NCBI GenBank assembly: GCA_965208675.1
Contig: OZ242351.1
Span: 2,336,001-2,400,000, forward strand
DNA: 64,000 bases
From: Candidatus Poribacteria bacterium
GTDB lineage: Bacteria > Poribacteria > WGA-4E > PCPOR2b
Direction of reading: 5' to 3'
Positions 18,044 to 27,700 of the stretch are shown piece after piece. The notes under the pieces are model-generated. The model ran no database searches, was not told where the DNA came from, and saw only the letters and a list, made by a program, of their open reading frames with translations. Position numbers and translations under genes: made by a program. The first letter of the stretch is position 1. Each line of letters begins with the position of its first letter.

Positions 18044-19315
18044 ATGATTATGATTTTTATGATAGACGAAGATAATTACGACAATATCATTAAACGGCCA
18101 TATAGACCACAATTTGATGGCAGGTTAGTTTCTGTAACATATGACGTAGAAAAAGACACATTGTCACATGTCGTTACCCAAAGAAACGGTATGCCCTTAA
18201 CCGTGGTCCCTTTAATTGAAAAAGATATGTTCTATAGTATAGACAAGAGTGGTAACGTCAACCCAATCACACATATATGCACTGATTCATCACATCCGCC
18301 TCTCGTTGAAGGCTTCGGGCAGAAGACATTGTATCAACAGATTTCAGAGAAAGTTGCAGGGCATGTGACGGATGGAATCAAATTCAATGACATAGTTGAT
18401 TTAATGTTGGACGAAGCGATTTCTATGCTGAGTAGCCCATCTAATTGTGTCTCCGAAGATGGAAGATTGCAGAGTATGCGTCGGCAAATTGCCAGAGATT
18501 GGGGAGAGGTGTTTTGCAAACTTGACAATTTGGGACATCTGACTGGGTGGTTTATAAATGAGTGTAAACGCGATAATAATGAGTTGCATTTTGTACTTGG
18601 GTTATTTGCTTTCGAGGCGATACGGATTTTATTTGCGACTGTCAATCAGTTGCGTGCCGGGTTGGCGGATGAGACATTTGTGTATTGGCGTACTCTTTAC
18701 GAGACCTTTGTAAAAAGTCGATTCATGTTGAAATTTAGCAAGGCGGATGCGGATCTGCCTGGACGGTTTCAGTATTATACGAATTCGGCATATTTGAAAT
18801 TTTACTCAATATTTGCCCCCAAAGACGATCCTCATGCGCAAGATAATCCGTGGATACAAATGGAAAGGTGGTATGAAACCCGTTATGAAAAACAGGGCAA
18901 AGGTAGTTATGGATGGGTATATCCTCTGATTATAAATAAAAAGGGGGGACCGGTCATTAAACCAGCTTTCGGACAAATTATAGACGAGGTAGATAGAGGA
19001 TCGAGATTTTCAGAAATATATTATGATGTGTCTACTGCAAAGAGTCACGGGCAGTTTGTATGGAATCCTCTTATAGTTAGTCCAACAAAAGGAAGGGCGA
19101 CTCATCTTGATCCATTTAGCATTGGAAATATTGCTCTGGTAATGGAGCTGATGATGCCTCTGTTTGAGGAGATTTTAGAGAACACCACCGAATCGTGCAG
19201 TAAGCCGGAACACGGCGTTGTGATGGGCATCGTGAGGGCCGCTATTGCAGACATAAATAATTCTATCGCAGAGGTTAAGGCATCTAATCCCGAAATACAC
19301 GGTGGCATCGCATAA
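18044..19315 (+). CDS. Hypothetical protein with a C-terminal DUF5677-like (HEPN-like) region
   Basis: 423-aa AT-rich ORF; ADETFVYWRTLYE and IYYDVSTAKSHG resemble DUF5677 motifs. Confidence 0.65.
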   Translation: MIMIFMIDEDNYDNIIKRPYRPQFDGRLVSVTYDVEKDTLSHVVTQRNGMPLTVVPLIEKDMFYSIDKSGNVNPITHICTDSSHPPLVEGFGQKTLYQQISEKVAGHVTDGIKFNDIVDLMLDEAISMLSSPSNCVSEDGRLQSMRRQIARDWGEVFCKLDNLGHLTGWFINECKRDNNELHFVLGLFAFEAIRILFATVNQLRAGLADETFVYWRTLYETFVKSRFMLKFSKADADLPGRFQYYTNSAYLKFYSIFAPKDDPHAQDNPWIQMERWYETRYEKQGKGSYGWVYPLIINKKGGPVIKPAFGQIIDEVDRGSRFSEIYYDVSTAKSHGQFVWNPLIVSPTKGRATHLDPFSIGNIALVMELMMPLFEEILENTTESCSKPEHGVVMGIVRAAIADINNSIAEVKASNPEIHGGIA

Positions 19316-19332
19316 ACCCTTATTGAAATTTC

Positions 19333-19360
19333 GTAGGAAACTACAATCGTTATTCTCTAC
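19333..19360. repeat. GTAG-type REP palindrome, copy 2 (degenerate)
   Basis: GTAGGAAACTACAATCGTTATTCTCTAC. Confidence 0.75.
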
Positions 19361-19595
19361 GAAATGCGCGTAACATGCAATTATTTCCAAAATCATTTCG
19401 CAATATAAATAATCGGTTACGCGGAAGGTAAGAAAACGTTGGGGAAATCACAGATTTGGTTGGCAGAAATCATTTTATGACCACGTAATCAGAAACGATG
19501 AGGATATATATCGTGTCCGTGCCTACTTCCAATACAACCAACTGAACTGGAAATTGGATAAAAATAACCGAACCAACTGTAACAAATGGCATGGT
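19361..19595 (+). pseudogene. C-terminal remnant of a REP-associated tyrosine (Y1/RAYT) transposase
   Basis: With one frameshift and one TAA it translates as PK/ISQYK*SVTRKVRKRWGNHRFGWQKSFYDHVIRNDEDIYRVRAYFQYNQLNWKLD, matching the RAYT WQxxYxDHIIR...YI..NP..W motif. Confidence 0.8.
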
Positions 19596-19623
19596 GTAGG
19601 GAAAAACGATCGTTGTTCCCTAC
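19596..19623. repeat. GTAG-type REP palindrome, copy 3
   Basis: GTAGGGAAAAACGATCGTTGTTCCCTAC. Confidence 0.82.
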
Positions 19624-19657
19624 GAAGGACTCGTTAAAAATACAAATAGGGTGAATC

Positions 19658-21073
19658 GTGCAGTATTCAATTATGAATCATTCTGACATTGATTTAGGAC
19701 ATAGGATAGATGCCGAATATTTTCAGCCTACCTACCTGCACATAGAAGAAAAACTCGTAGAGAATCAGGCAATACCACTGAAGAACTTTTGTTCTATTAC
19801 CGGCAGCGCCTTTTATCCTGCTGCGATTCACCTTTATGCAGCTGATGGTTTACCATTTATCCGATGTGTTGACTGTGTCTCATACCCTATTATTACATCA
19901 AGACAAAGCACACAATTTGAAAAAATACCGAGAGAATTTGCCAATGAACATAAAAACATCAAGAGGTTGTCAAAAGGGGAAATAGTCATAACGAAAGTAG
20001 GAACCCCATGTTTTGCCTCGATAATTCATGATATAGAGGAGATGGCTTTATCGCGCAATGTCTTAGGCCTGAAATCAATCGCTAATATTGATCCTTACTA
20101 CTTAGTTGCTTTTCTACGTTCAAAATATGGTTTCTTACAATTGCTCAGGGAAAGAGAACTGACAATCCAGTTTAAATTGACGTTTGACCGAGTAGGAAAT
20201 GTTCTCATTTTCAAGCCAGCGGATAATAAGTTAGAAAACCGAATAGCGGATAGCTTAATTTTACACGAAGCGATTAAAAAGGAATCAGAACAATTATACA
20301 GTCAAGCCCAAGCCCTCCTCCTCGCCGAACTTGGGCTTGCTAACTGGCAACCGAAACACCGATTGACATTTGTTAAAGACTACTCCGACACTGAACAAGC
20401 CGAGCGTGTTGATGCGGAATACTACCAGCCGAAATATGAGGGAATCGTTGAGGCGATAAAAAACTGTATGGGCGGCTGGGATACGCTGGGGAATTTAGTT
20501 ATGATAAAGAAATGTATAGAAGTAGGAAGCTAAGAGTATCTTAATGAAGGAGTTCCTTTTGTTCGCGTCAGCAACTTAAACCCATTTGAAATCACTAGTG
20601 AAAAGTATATTTCCGATTCGGTGTATTCAAGAGCTGCGCAACACCAACCTCAACAAAGCGAGATACTTCTCAGCAAGGACGGTACCCCCGGCATTGCCTA
20701 TTATTTGCGCGAGGTCCCTCCAAAAATGATTCCGTCAGGAGGAATACTCCGATTGAAAAGCAAGACTGATAGAATTGACAATGAGTATTTGACACTGGTA
20801 CTAAATTCAATATTGACTAAAGAGCAATCAAACAGAGATGTTGGCGGTTCATTAATTCCTCATTGGCGTCCGGAACAGGTTAAAGCAATGGTCATTCCAA
20901 TTTTGCCGATAGAAAAACAAAACCAAATCCAACAAAAAGTCGTTGAATCCTTCAACTTAAGAAAACAGTCGAAACATTTACTGGAATGTGCCAAGCGGGC
21001 GGTAGAAATCGCCATTGAGCGCGACGAACAAACTGCGATTGAGTGGCTGGAGGAGGAAATCAAAGAGATTTAA
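19658..21073 (+). pseudogene. hsdS: R-M specificity (S) subunit with two TRDs, split by an in-frame TAA at 20531-20533
   Basis: Repeated RIDAEYFQP / RVDAEYYQP conserved regions; ORFs 19658-20533 and 20621-21073 are in the same frame; read-through gives EVGS*EYLNEGVPFVRVSNL...ILLSKDGTPG. Confidence 0.85.
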
Positions 21074-21163
21074 GTTTATCACCACTGATTGCTGACAGCC
21101 AACAATTCAACAAACAGTATTACCGTCCGTAGTTCTGCCTTTCGATAGAATCAAGAATCGCTA

Positions 21164-21510
21164 ATGGAAATTGCTCCTATTTTCTATAAGATCTTTGTCA
21201 CAACCTACAATCTCGAAATACGCCGGTTCTTGGGCACGGCATTTCCAATTACGCCAAATGGTGGATTGTTAACTTGCCGTCACGTCGTGGATTCTGATTC
21301 CAGGTTTAATTACTATAGACGAAAAAGTCTACAGTTTCGGTTATTATGTTTCTGAAAACAACCTCCACATGGGTTACTTCAAAGGAAACATTGTAAATTT
21401 CTTGAGTGAGTTCCGAATGAACGACGAGATCTGGTTTAATATGTCTTTCATACGCCGTTATAAAGGGATTGTCTGGCAGCCCTGTATTAACCTATCATAA
21501 CGGTTGAAGT
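21164..21510 (+). pseudogene. Degraded trypsin-like serine protease
   Basis: FLGTAFPITPNGGLLTCRHVV (His motif) and a downstream GLSGSPVLT (Ser motif, about 21466-21492), separated by stops. Confidence 0.65.
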
Positions 21511-21604
21511 GCCAACGTAAATTTAGTGCGCTGCCATCGAAAATTTAGACCACGCTCGTAACCAAGATTGTGATACAATTGCAATTAATTGAAAGGAGAT
21601 TCCG

Positions 21605-22162
21605 ATGGCATACACAATGCGCATTAACTGGACAGAACGTCTCAAGGAAGTGATTCCCTACCCGTGTTGTGATTACCGTCCTTTTGTTTGCCGAAATGAG
21701 AAAAACGGCTTTCCTGACGCACATGATGTTATCATGATCGGGGAGGACGAAAAGACTAAACTTGACACGAATTGGTGGAATTTCTGGAACCTAGAATCGG
21801 GATTCGACTACAAACGCTTCGAAACCTATTATTTGGAATATCGCCGCAAAATAGGAGAGTCAGGGGAGTCTCGCACAAGAACTTGTCTCGATCTAATCCA
21901 CGCGGACGGTATCAACGCGGTCGAGACAAACGCATCTCACGCAAAGGTTGTGAAACTCCTAATAGAAAATATGCCATTGAAAGCGATTGTTGCCTACGGC
22001 GTCCCAGCGAAGAAATTGGTGAGTAACTTCCAATCTCAACGGGTTATCACTCTCTCCGACGAAAGAATCATTCGGGAAAAGCATTTCAGTCGTGGTTTTA
22101 GTTATAGAGGTAAAGATTCAGACGTTGAAAGGCTTTGCGAAAAAATAAACCGACTTCTCTGA
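21605..22162 (+). CDS. Hypothetical protein, possibly UDG-fold-like
   Basis: Strong SD AAGGAG; RPFVC...VIMIG...WWNFW...GFD...SRTR pattern; C-terminal HFS. Confidence 0.6.
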   Translation: MAYTMRINWTERLKEVIPYPCCDYRPFVCRNEKNGFPDAHDVIMIGEDEKTKLDTNWWNFWNLESGFDYKRFETYYLEYRRKIGESGESRTRTCLDLIHADGINAVETNASHAKVVKLLIENMPLKAIVAYGVPAKKLVSNFQSQRVITLSDERIIREKHFSRGFSYRGKDSDVERLCEKINRLL

Positions 22163-22574
22163 GTTAGTGTGGGCGAGTGCGGCGAGTTCTTGAAGACCGA
22201 CTATTGCTTAATTCCTAGTCAGGAGATTCAAACTGCAATTTCCCCGGCTGGGACGTATGCGAAGGCGGCGGCATTTCTGCCGGGATAGTGTGACGGAATC
22301 CCTCACTTCGTCGCTGTGGGTGTAGCGTCTCAACGCGTTCCTCAAGATGCGGTACTAACCGAGAGAGATGCTTCAGTTGAAGGTGGGCTTATGTTTTCAC
22401 AGGAAAAGGAATGCATGTTACGGCTTGCCAAATCCCAAGTGTTGAACGGGTTGGTTGGAAGGTGGGAAACATAGCAGCGCTTTAGCTTTGTTAATTCTAT
22501 TCTGACAAGTCAGCTTAATTTTATATACGACCGGAACGCTCAAAGAAGGAATTAAACAACGACTTGGCGGACAG

Positions 22575-22916
22575 TCACCCCCAAGATGGCAGATCGTTGG
22601 TTATCTGCTGGATGTAGTCGGATGTTTTGCGGAGTTCTTTTTTATGCTGTTCATCCGCTTTACGCTTCGCAATATCTCCAGCGATATATTCAACTCCCCA
22701 AGCCCCCTTTTTAAGCCGTTTCAAAACAAATTCGCCCCCCATTCGCCTATTTATATAGTCGAGTAGATTCCTCAAAACCCAGTACACATCCGACGAAGAA
22801 TACTGAAGATTATTTTGAGGAGATTGCTCCCCAACATAATTCAAGGATTGCATAACTATTTCGACTGTTTCCCGTACTGTATAGGTTTTATCGGAATAAA
22901 ACTGAATTGTCAGCAT
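22575..22916 (-). CDS. Hypothetical protein, probably the 3' remnant of a longer gene
   Basis: 113-aa ORF; its frame stays open upstream to the repeat edge at 23138 except for one TAA at 23028-23030. Confidence 0.45.
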   Translation of the reverse strand: MLTIQFYSDKTYTVRETVEIVMQSLNYVGEQSPQNNLQYSSSDVYWVLRNLLDYINRRMGGEFVLKRLKKGAWGVEYIAGDIAKRKADEQHKKELRKTSDYIQQITNDLPSWG

Positions 22917-23138
22917 TGTTTTTGGTTTGGTGTAGAAATGTTGGTAAGTTCCTGTTGAAATTTCGATGTAAGTGTTGAGAATTAAAACTAGCAGCGGTGT
23001 TTCACCTAATAGGGCTATAACTTTAGGTTAGGCACTATCGTTTACTTTAACGGTAGGCATACGCGGGGGTTGTGCATCGAATCGAACATCTTTTTTGGTA
23101 TTATTCCGGACTTGAATCAGTTGAGCAGCAATGCTCAC

Positions 23139-23413
23139 AGTTCTTGTATGTTGGGTTGAGCGGATAAATCCAAATGCGTAACGATGGCAGATGTTCGGCC
23201 GGGACATCCAAACGCCCTTTTACCGAAATAATGTAGCGTAACCCAACGCTTTTCAAATCACCCAGTCGCTACTGATTGCTCAATACATTCGAAATAACCA
23301 AAAGCGTTGGATTCGCTAAATCCAAACTAACTCTAAACCACTTCAAATCCCTATATCCATTCGATTTATTGCGACCATTTCGCTTGCTCGGCTTAACCCA
23401 ACCTACAAAAACT
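23139..23413. repeat. REPIN-like long hairpin element, copy 1
   Basis: Ends AGTTCTTGTATGTTGGGTTGAGCG ... GCTTAACCCAACCTACAAAAACT; near-identical to 27214-27483. Confidence 0.85.
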
Positions 23414-23434
23414 ACGAAAAATTAAGGAGGGTTG

Positions 23435-24691
23435 TTGATAAAGAATATCACAGTATTCTCAATCATATACTCGCTGCTTTATGGCGGTGTGTCAGCCGCC
23501 GGTGCATCGGATTGGCCGCAGTGGCGCGGTCCCAATCGAGATGGGATTTCCTAGGAAGTTGGGCTTCTCAAAAAGTGGCCCGATGGCGGTCCTGAAGTCT
23601 TCTGGAGAGTTTCTCTCGGCGAGGGGTTTTCCGGTATTTCCGTCGCTGACGGACGTGTCTATACGATGTTCTCGGACGCAGAAGATGAATTCGTCGTTTG
23701 TCTCGATGCCTCTAATGGGGAAGAGATTTGGCGGTTTCGTACCGACAAAACATTCTATGAATACGAGGGCGGCAATGGGCCTCGTGCAACCCCGACAATC
23801 GACGGGGAGCTCCTCTTCACGGTGTCCGCACAGGGCAAATTCTATGCGTTGCATAGTGTAAATGGAGAGACGGTCTGGTCTTACGATTTGATTAAAGATT
23901 TCAGAGGCTACATGCCCAGGTGGGGATTCAGTTCTTCGCCGTTGGTGGAAGGCAATCAGCTTTTTGTAGAGGTCGGCGGAAACAATGGGAAGTTTATCGT
24001 GGCTTTTGATAAGAGGAATGGGGATGTCCTCTGGACTTCCCACACAGGCAAACTGGGATACGCCTCGCCGATTGCTGTTACAATTAGCGGGATACGGCAA
24101 CTCATTGTCTTCGCGGGGCATCGGTTGCTCTCAGTATCAACCGATAACGGTGAACTGCTCTGGAGTTACCCGTGGCGGACGGGACGGTATGATGTTCACG
24201 CGGCAACTCCCATTTTCATTGCACCGGACAAGATTTACATCTCATCGGCGTACGGAAAGGGAGCCGCAGTCGTACAGGTCAAGGTAACGGATTCTCCGGA
24301 ATCAAGTGCTCGGAACAAAATAGAGGTCGAAGAGGTTTGGAAAAATGAGAGAATGCAGAACCGGTTGGCTACGTCGGTTTTGCATGACAATCACCTTTAC
24401 GGCTTTCACAGGACTATTTTGAAATGTATTGATGCCAATACCGGCGTGGAAAAATGGAAAACTCGAGGATACGGAGAAGGCACGCTCATGCTCGCAGACG
24501 GACACCTGATTATTCTCGGTGACCGCGGCAAGCTGGGTTTGGTAGAAGCGACCGCTTCCGCTTATCATGAGGCGGCGAGCGCAGACGTGCTGAACGGACT
24601 GTGTTGGACGGTACCGACGCTTGCGAACGGCAGGCTCTACGCTCGAAACGAGAAGGAGATGGTCTGTTTAGACATGACAGGCCCGAATTAG
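23435..24691 (+). pseudogene. PQQ-binding-like (BamB-like) beta-propeller protein with an in-frame TAG at 23552-23554
   Basis: SD AAGGAGG, TTG start, signal peptide and DWPQWRGPNRDGIS*, then in-frame continuation into the 23666 ORF (GPRATP, SSSPLV, YASP, CWTVP.LANGRLY). Confidence 0.82.
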
Positions 24692-24748
24692 CGGATGACT
24701 TTTGAAACGAGATTAACTCATGATGAGGTAAAACGAAAGGAGCTTACA

Positions 24749-25321
24749 ATGAAAAGGGAAGTCAACGTGTTTAGAAGTAAAACTTCAATGCTGTTACTGT
24801 TGATTGCCGTTACCACCGTGTTGGCGAGTTGCGATGCGGTTCAGGACTTTGCGGACTTGTTGCCGCCGCCGCAGTCAGCAGGGGCACACGCTGTGATTGA
24901 TTCGACGAGCGGAAGCGAGGTAACGGGTACGGCGGTTTTCGAACAGACTGGAGATACAATCACGCTAACGGTTGAGATTCAGAACGCGGAACCGGGACTC
25001 CACGGTGTTCACATCCACGAATTTGGTGATTGCAGCGCACCCGACGGGACATCGGCAGGCGGGCATTGGAATCCGACCAACACCGCCCACGGCAAATGGG
25101 GAGAGGGTGAATTCCATCTCGGCGACATCGGTAATATATTGGTTAGCGATGACGGTACCGGCAACATCGAATTGACGACAGACTTATGGGAGCTCGGAAC
25201 CGGTTCAATCTTCGATGTTGTGGGAAAAGGCATAATTGTACATGCCGACGCAGACGATTTTACCTCCCAGCCTTCAGGGGCTGCCGGTGCCCGAATCGGC
25301 TGCGGAGCCATTGTTGAGTGA
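24749..25321 (+). CDS. sodC: Cu/Zn superoxide dismutase, lipoprotein
   Basis: Lipobox VLASC, HGVHIHEFGDC, SAGGHWNP, HLGDIGNI, IIVHADADD, GARIGCG; SD AAGGAG before ATG 24749. Confidence 0.95.
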   Translation: MKREVNVFRSKTSMLLLLIAVTTVLASCDAVQDFADLLPPPQSAGAHAVIDSTSGSEVTGTAVFEQTGDTITLTVEIQNAEPGLHGVHIHEFGDCSAPDGTSAGGHWNPTNTAHGKWGEGEFHLGDIGNILVSDDGTGNIELTTDLWELGTGSIFDVVGKGIIVHADADDFTSQPSGAAGARIGCGAIVE

Positions 25322-25635
25322 TTAGATTGGCATCCTCTCATGACGGGGGTAAGGGGCTCCTTTGTAAATGATTCGCTGCGGGTAGTTCAATTCCCGCTGC
25401 GGTCGCCCTTTTAATTAACCCGTCCTATGTTTAACTCGAAAGCAGTTTTGTTTGGTTCATGCAGCGTTCGATTGCCTGTTCGGGTCTATTGGCACGATAT
25501 GGGGATGCTAGCATCGCCCGCCACGGCACAAGGTGACAATATCGGAGACACTGAGTGCACGAGTGTGACGGTCGTTGATGCGGACGGCAATAGGCGTTAT
25601 GGCATAATACAATAAACAACAACACGGGATGAATT

Positions 25636-26853
25636 ATGAATATAAGAAACAAGCGCAGCTTCGTCGCGCTTGGCGGTCTATTGATGTCAATCGGAGTGTT
25701 GGCGGTTAGCGTTTTTATGCCAAGCGTTAACGAAGATTCGGTATTCCGAATTCCGGACTGGAACGTCAAATCGGTTTATGCGAATGATGAAGACACTCGC
25801 ATGATGACTGGAGATGTTCCCATCGGTGTTGTCGTGGCACAGACCGGGAAACATGCCGAAGCGTACGGTTTCGCTATGCAACGCGGTTTTGAATTGGCTC
25901 GCGAGGAGATTAACAACGCCGGTGATGTAAAACTCACGTTTAACACTGTGGATGATCGGAGCAGTGTGGACGGTGCGAAGGAGGCTGTACGGCACTTGGC
26001 GGACCAGGGTGTATCTGCCATCGTCGGACTCGCAATCTCGACGCACCTTAAAGAGGCTGCGCCGATCGCGCAGCAGCATAGAGTTATCGCTTTTAGCTCG
26101 GTCTCCTCCGCTGCCGGTTTGAGCGCGATTGGGGATTTTATCTTCCGCACCAGTCTCGCCACAAATATTAGCATACCCAGCGGTTTGGCCGCGACTCAAC
26201 AGAAACTCGGCTATAAAAAAGTGGCATTGATATATGATGAGATCGATGTCTATTCCATAAATAGCAATGAAGTGTTAAGGCGAGCACTTGAAGCCAACGG
26301 AGTCGAGATTCTCATCATGGAATCCTTTCAAACCGGCGATACCGATTTGACCCGGCAATTGACCAATATAGTAGCGGCAAATCCTGACGCACTCTTTGTC
26401 TCCGCGCTTTCACAAGAAATAGCACAGACTGTTGCGCAAACTTCCGAGGTGGGTGTTCCCGACAGTATTGACATTATTGTCCCCGATCTAACCATGAATG
26501 AAGTGCGAAAGGCGGGGGATGCCGCTGAGGGCGCCATAGGTTTTATCGGATGGTTTACCATGTCTGACGCCCCCGGAAACCAATCCTTCGTTCAGAATTA
26601 TCGGGCGAAATATGGTATCCAGCCCGAACCGTGGGCGGCACAATCGTATGCAACCCTTTACGTGCTCGCTAACGCAATTAAGACGGCGCAATCGACGGAT
26701 GCCGCAGCCATTCGGGACGCGCTTGCGCAAACGAAGGATTTCCCGACAATTTTGGGCAAATCGGGCGCGTTCTCATTCAATCCTGACGGTGACGCACTGT
26801 ATGACCAAATTATAATGGTCGTTAAGGACGGAGAACTTCAGTTCTTTGAATAA
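25636..26853 (+). CDS. Branched-chain amino-acid ABC transporter substrate-binding protein (LivK-like)
   Basis: IGVVVAQTG, GFELA.EEIN, FIFRT, KKVALIYD, FVQNY.AKYG, AAQSY. Confidence 0.88.
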   Translation: MNIRNKRSFVALGGLLMSIGVLAVSVFMPSVNEDSVFRIPDWNVKSVYANDEDTRMMTGDVPIGVVVAQTGKHAEAYGFAMQRGFELAREEINNAGDVKLTFNTVDDRSSVDGAKEAVRHLADQGVSAIVGLAISTHLKEAAPIAQQHRVIAFSSVSSAAGLSAIGDFIFRTSLATNISIPSGLAATQQKLGYKKVALIYDEIDVYSINSNEVLRRALEANGVEILIMESFQTGDTDLTRQLTNIVAANPDALFVSALSQEIAQTVAQTSEVGVPDSIDIIVPDLTMNEVRKAGDAAEGAIGFIGWFTMSDAPGNQSFVQNYRAKYGIQPEPWAAQSYATLYVLANAIKTAQSTDAAAIRDALAQTKDFPTILGKSGAFSFNPDGDALYDQIIMVVKDGELQFFE

Positions 26854-27073
26854 TCGGCAGCAAAGACGTTTGTTGAATTCGCATTCGGTATCGTTTTGCG
26901 GCTGTGGTCGAATCCGAGCCGGTAGACGCTTTGACATTACCGCATTGACATTCCTACCCGGCACAATTCGTTTCGTGGGATACCGGTGCGCGCCGGGAAT
27001 CGGATTAGATGGCCCATCGAAAACGTGAGTTATCTTTGAACTCTGCGCGATCAGCCAATTAAATCGCCAAAAA

Positions 27074-27483
27074 CCAGTTTTTGTAGGTTGGGTTGAGCAG
27101 GTAATTCCAAATCCGGTCTTGAGGAATTAACCGGTCACGAGTACCAAACGTCACGCTTGCCGAGATTCATGCCGCGAAACCCAACGCTTTTCTGGCGTAC
27201 AGAGGTTTGAAAAGCGTTGGGTTGAGCGGATAAACCCAAAGCCGTAACAATGGCAGATATTCGGCCGAAACATCCAAACGACCCCTTTACCGAAATTGAT
27301 GTAGCGTAACCCAACGCTTTTCAAATCACCTAGCCGCTACTGATTGCTCAATACATTCGAAATAACCAAGAGCGTTGGGTTCGCTACATCCAAACTAATT
27401 CTAAACAGCTTCAAATCACGAAACCCATTCGACATATTGAGTCCATTTCACTTGCTCCGCTTAACCCAACCTACAAAAACTGG
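27074..27483. repeat. REPIN-like long hairpin element, copy 2 (one extra unit)
   Basis: CCAGTTTTTGTAGGTTGGGTTGAGC ... GCTTAACCCAACCTACAAAAACTGG; three GTTGGGTT...AACCCAAC units, each with an insert of roughly 75 nt. Confidence 0.88.
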
Positions 27484-27700
27484 GACTCGAATCAAGTAAC
27501 CATCATAAGCGTGAGTTTTCTATGAAGGGTGCGTAATCATCCAATGAAAAAGCGAAATTTCAAGATGGTAGGTTTCGTATGGAACTTAAACGTCTAGCTA
27601 TGCTATAATGCTTAACAGAGGTTAGGAGATGAGATAGTCGATCAGTGCATGATGTATCTATCGCGTTTTTGCGCAAGATTTCTAAAGGGGAGGATTCCTG

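Noticed and set aside
17970-19623. Integron attC sites
   Set aside because: These are 28-bp GTAG palindromes without RYYYAAC/GTTRRRY ends and no integrase is present; they fit REPs.
20531-23554. Stop-codon recoding (pyrrolysine or alternative code)
   Set aside because: The internal stops are of different types (TAA, TAG), and intact genes such as recA and pgsA end normally at TAG.
27074-27483. Possible CRISPR array (repeat-spacer look)
   Set aside because: Units are inverted arms, inserts are about 75 nt and partly homologous to each other, there are only 2-3 units, and no cas genes are in the window.
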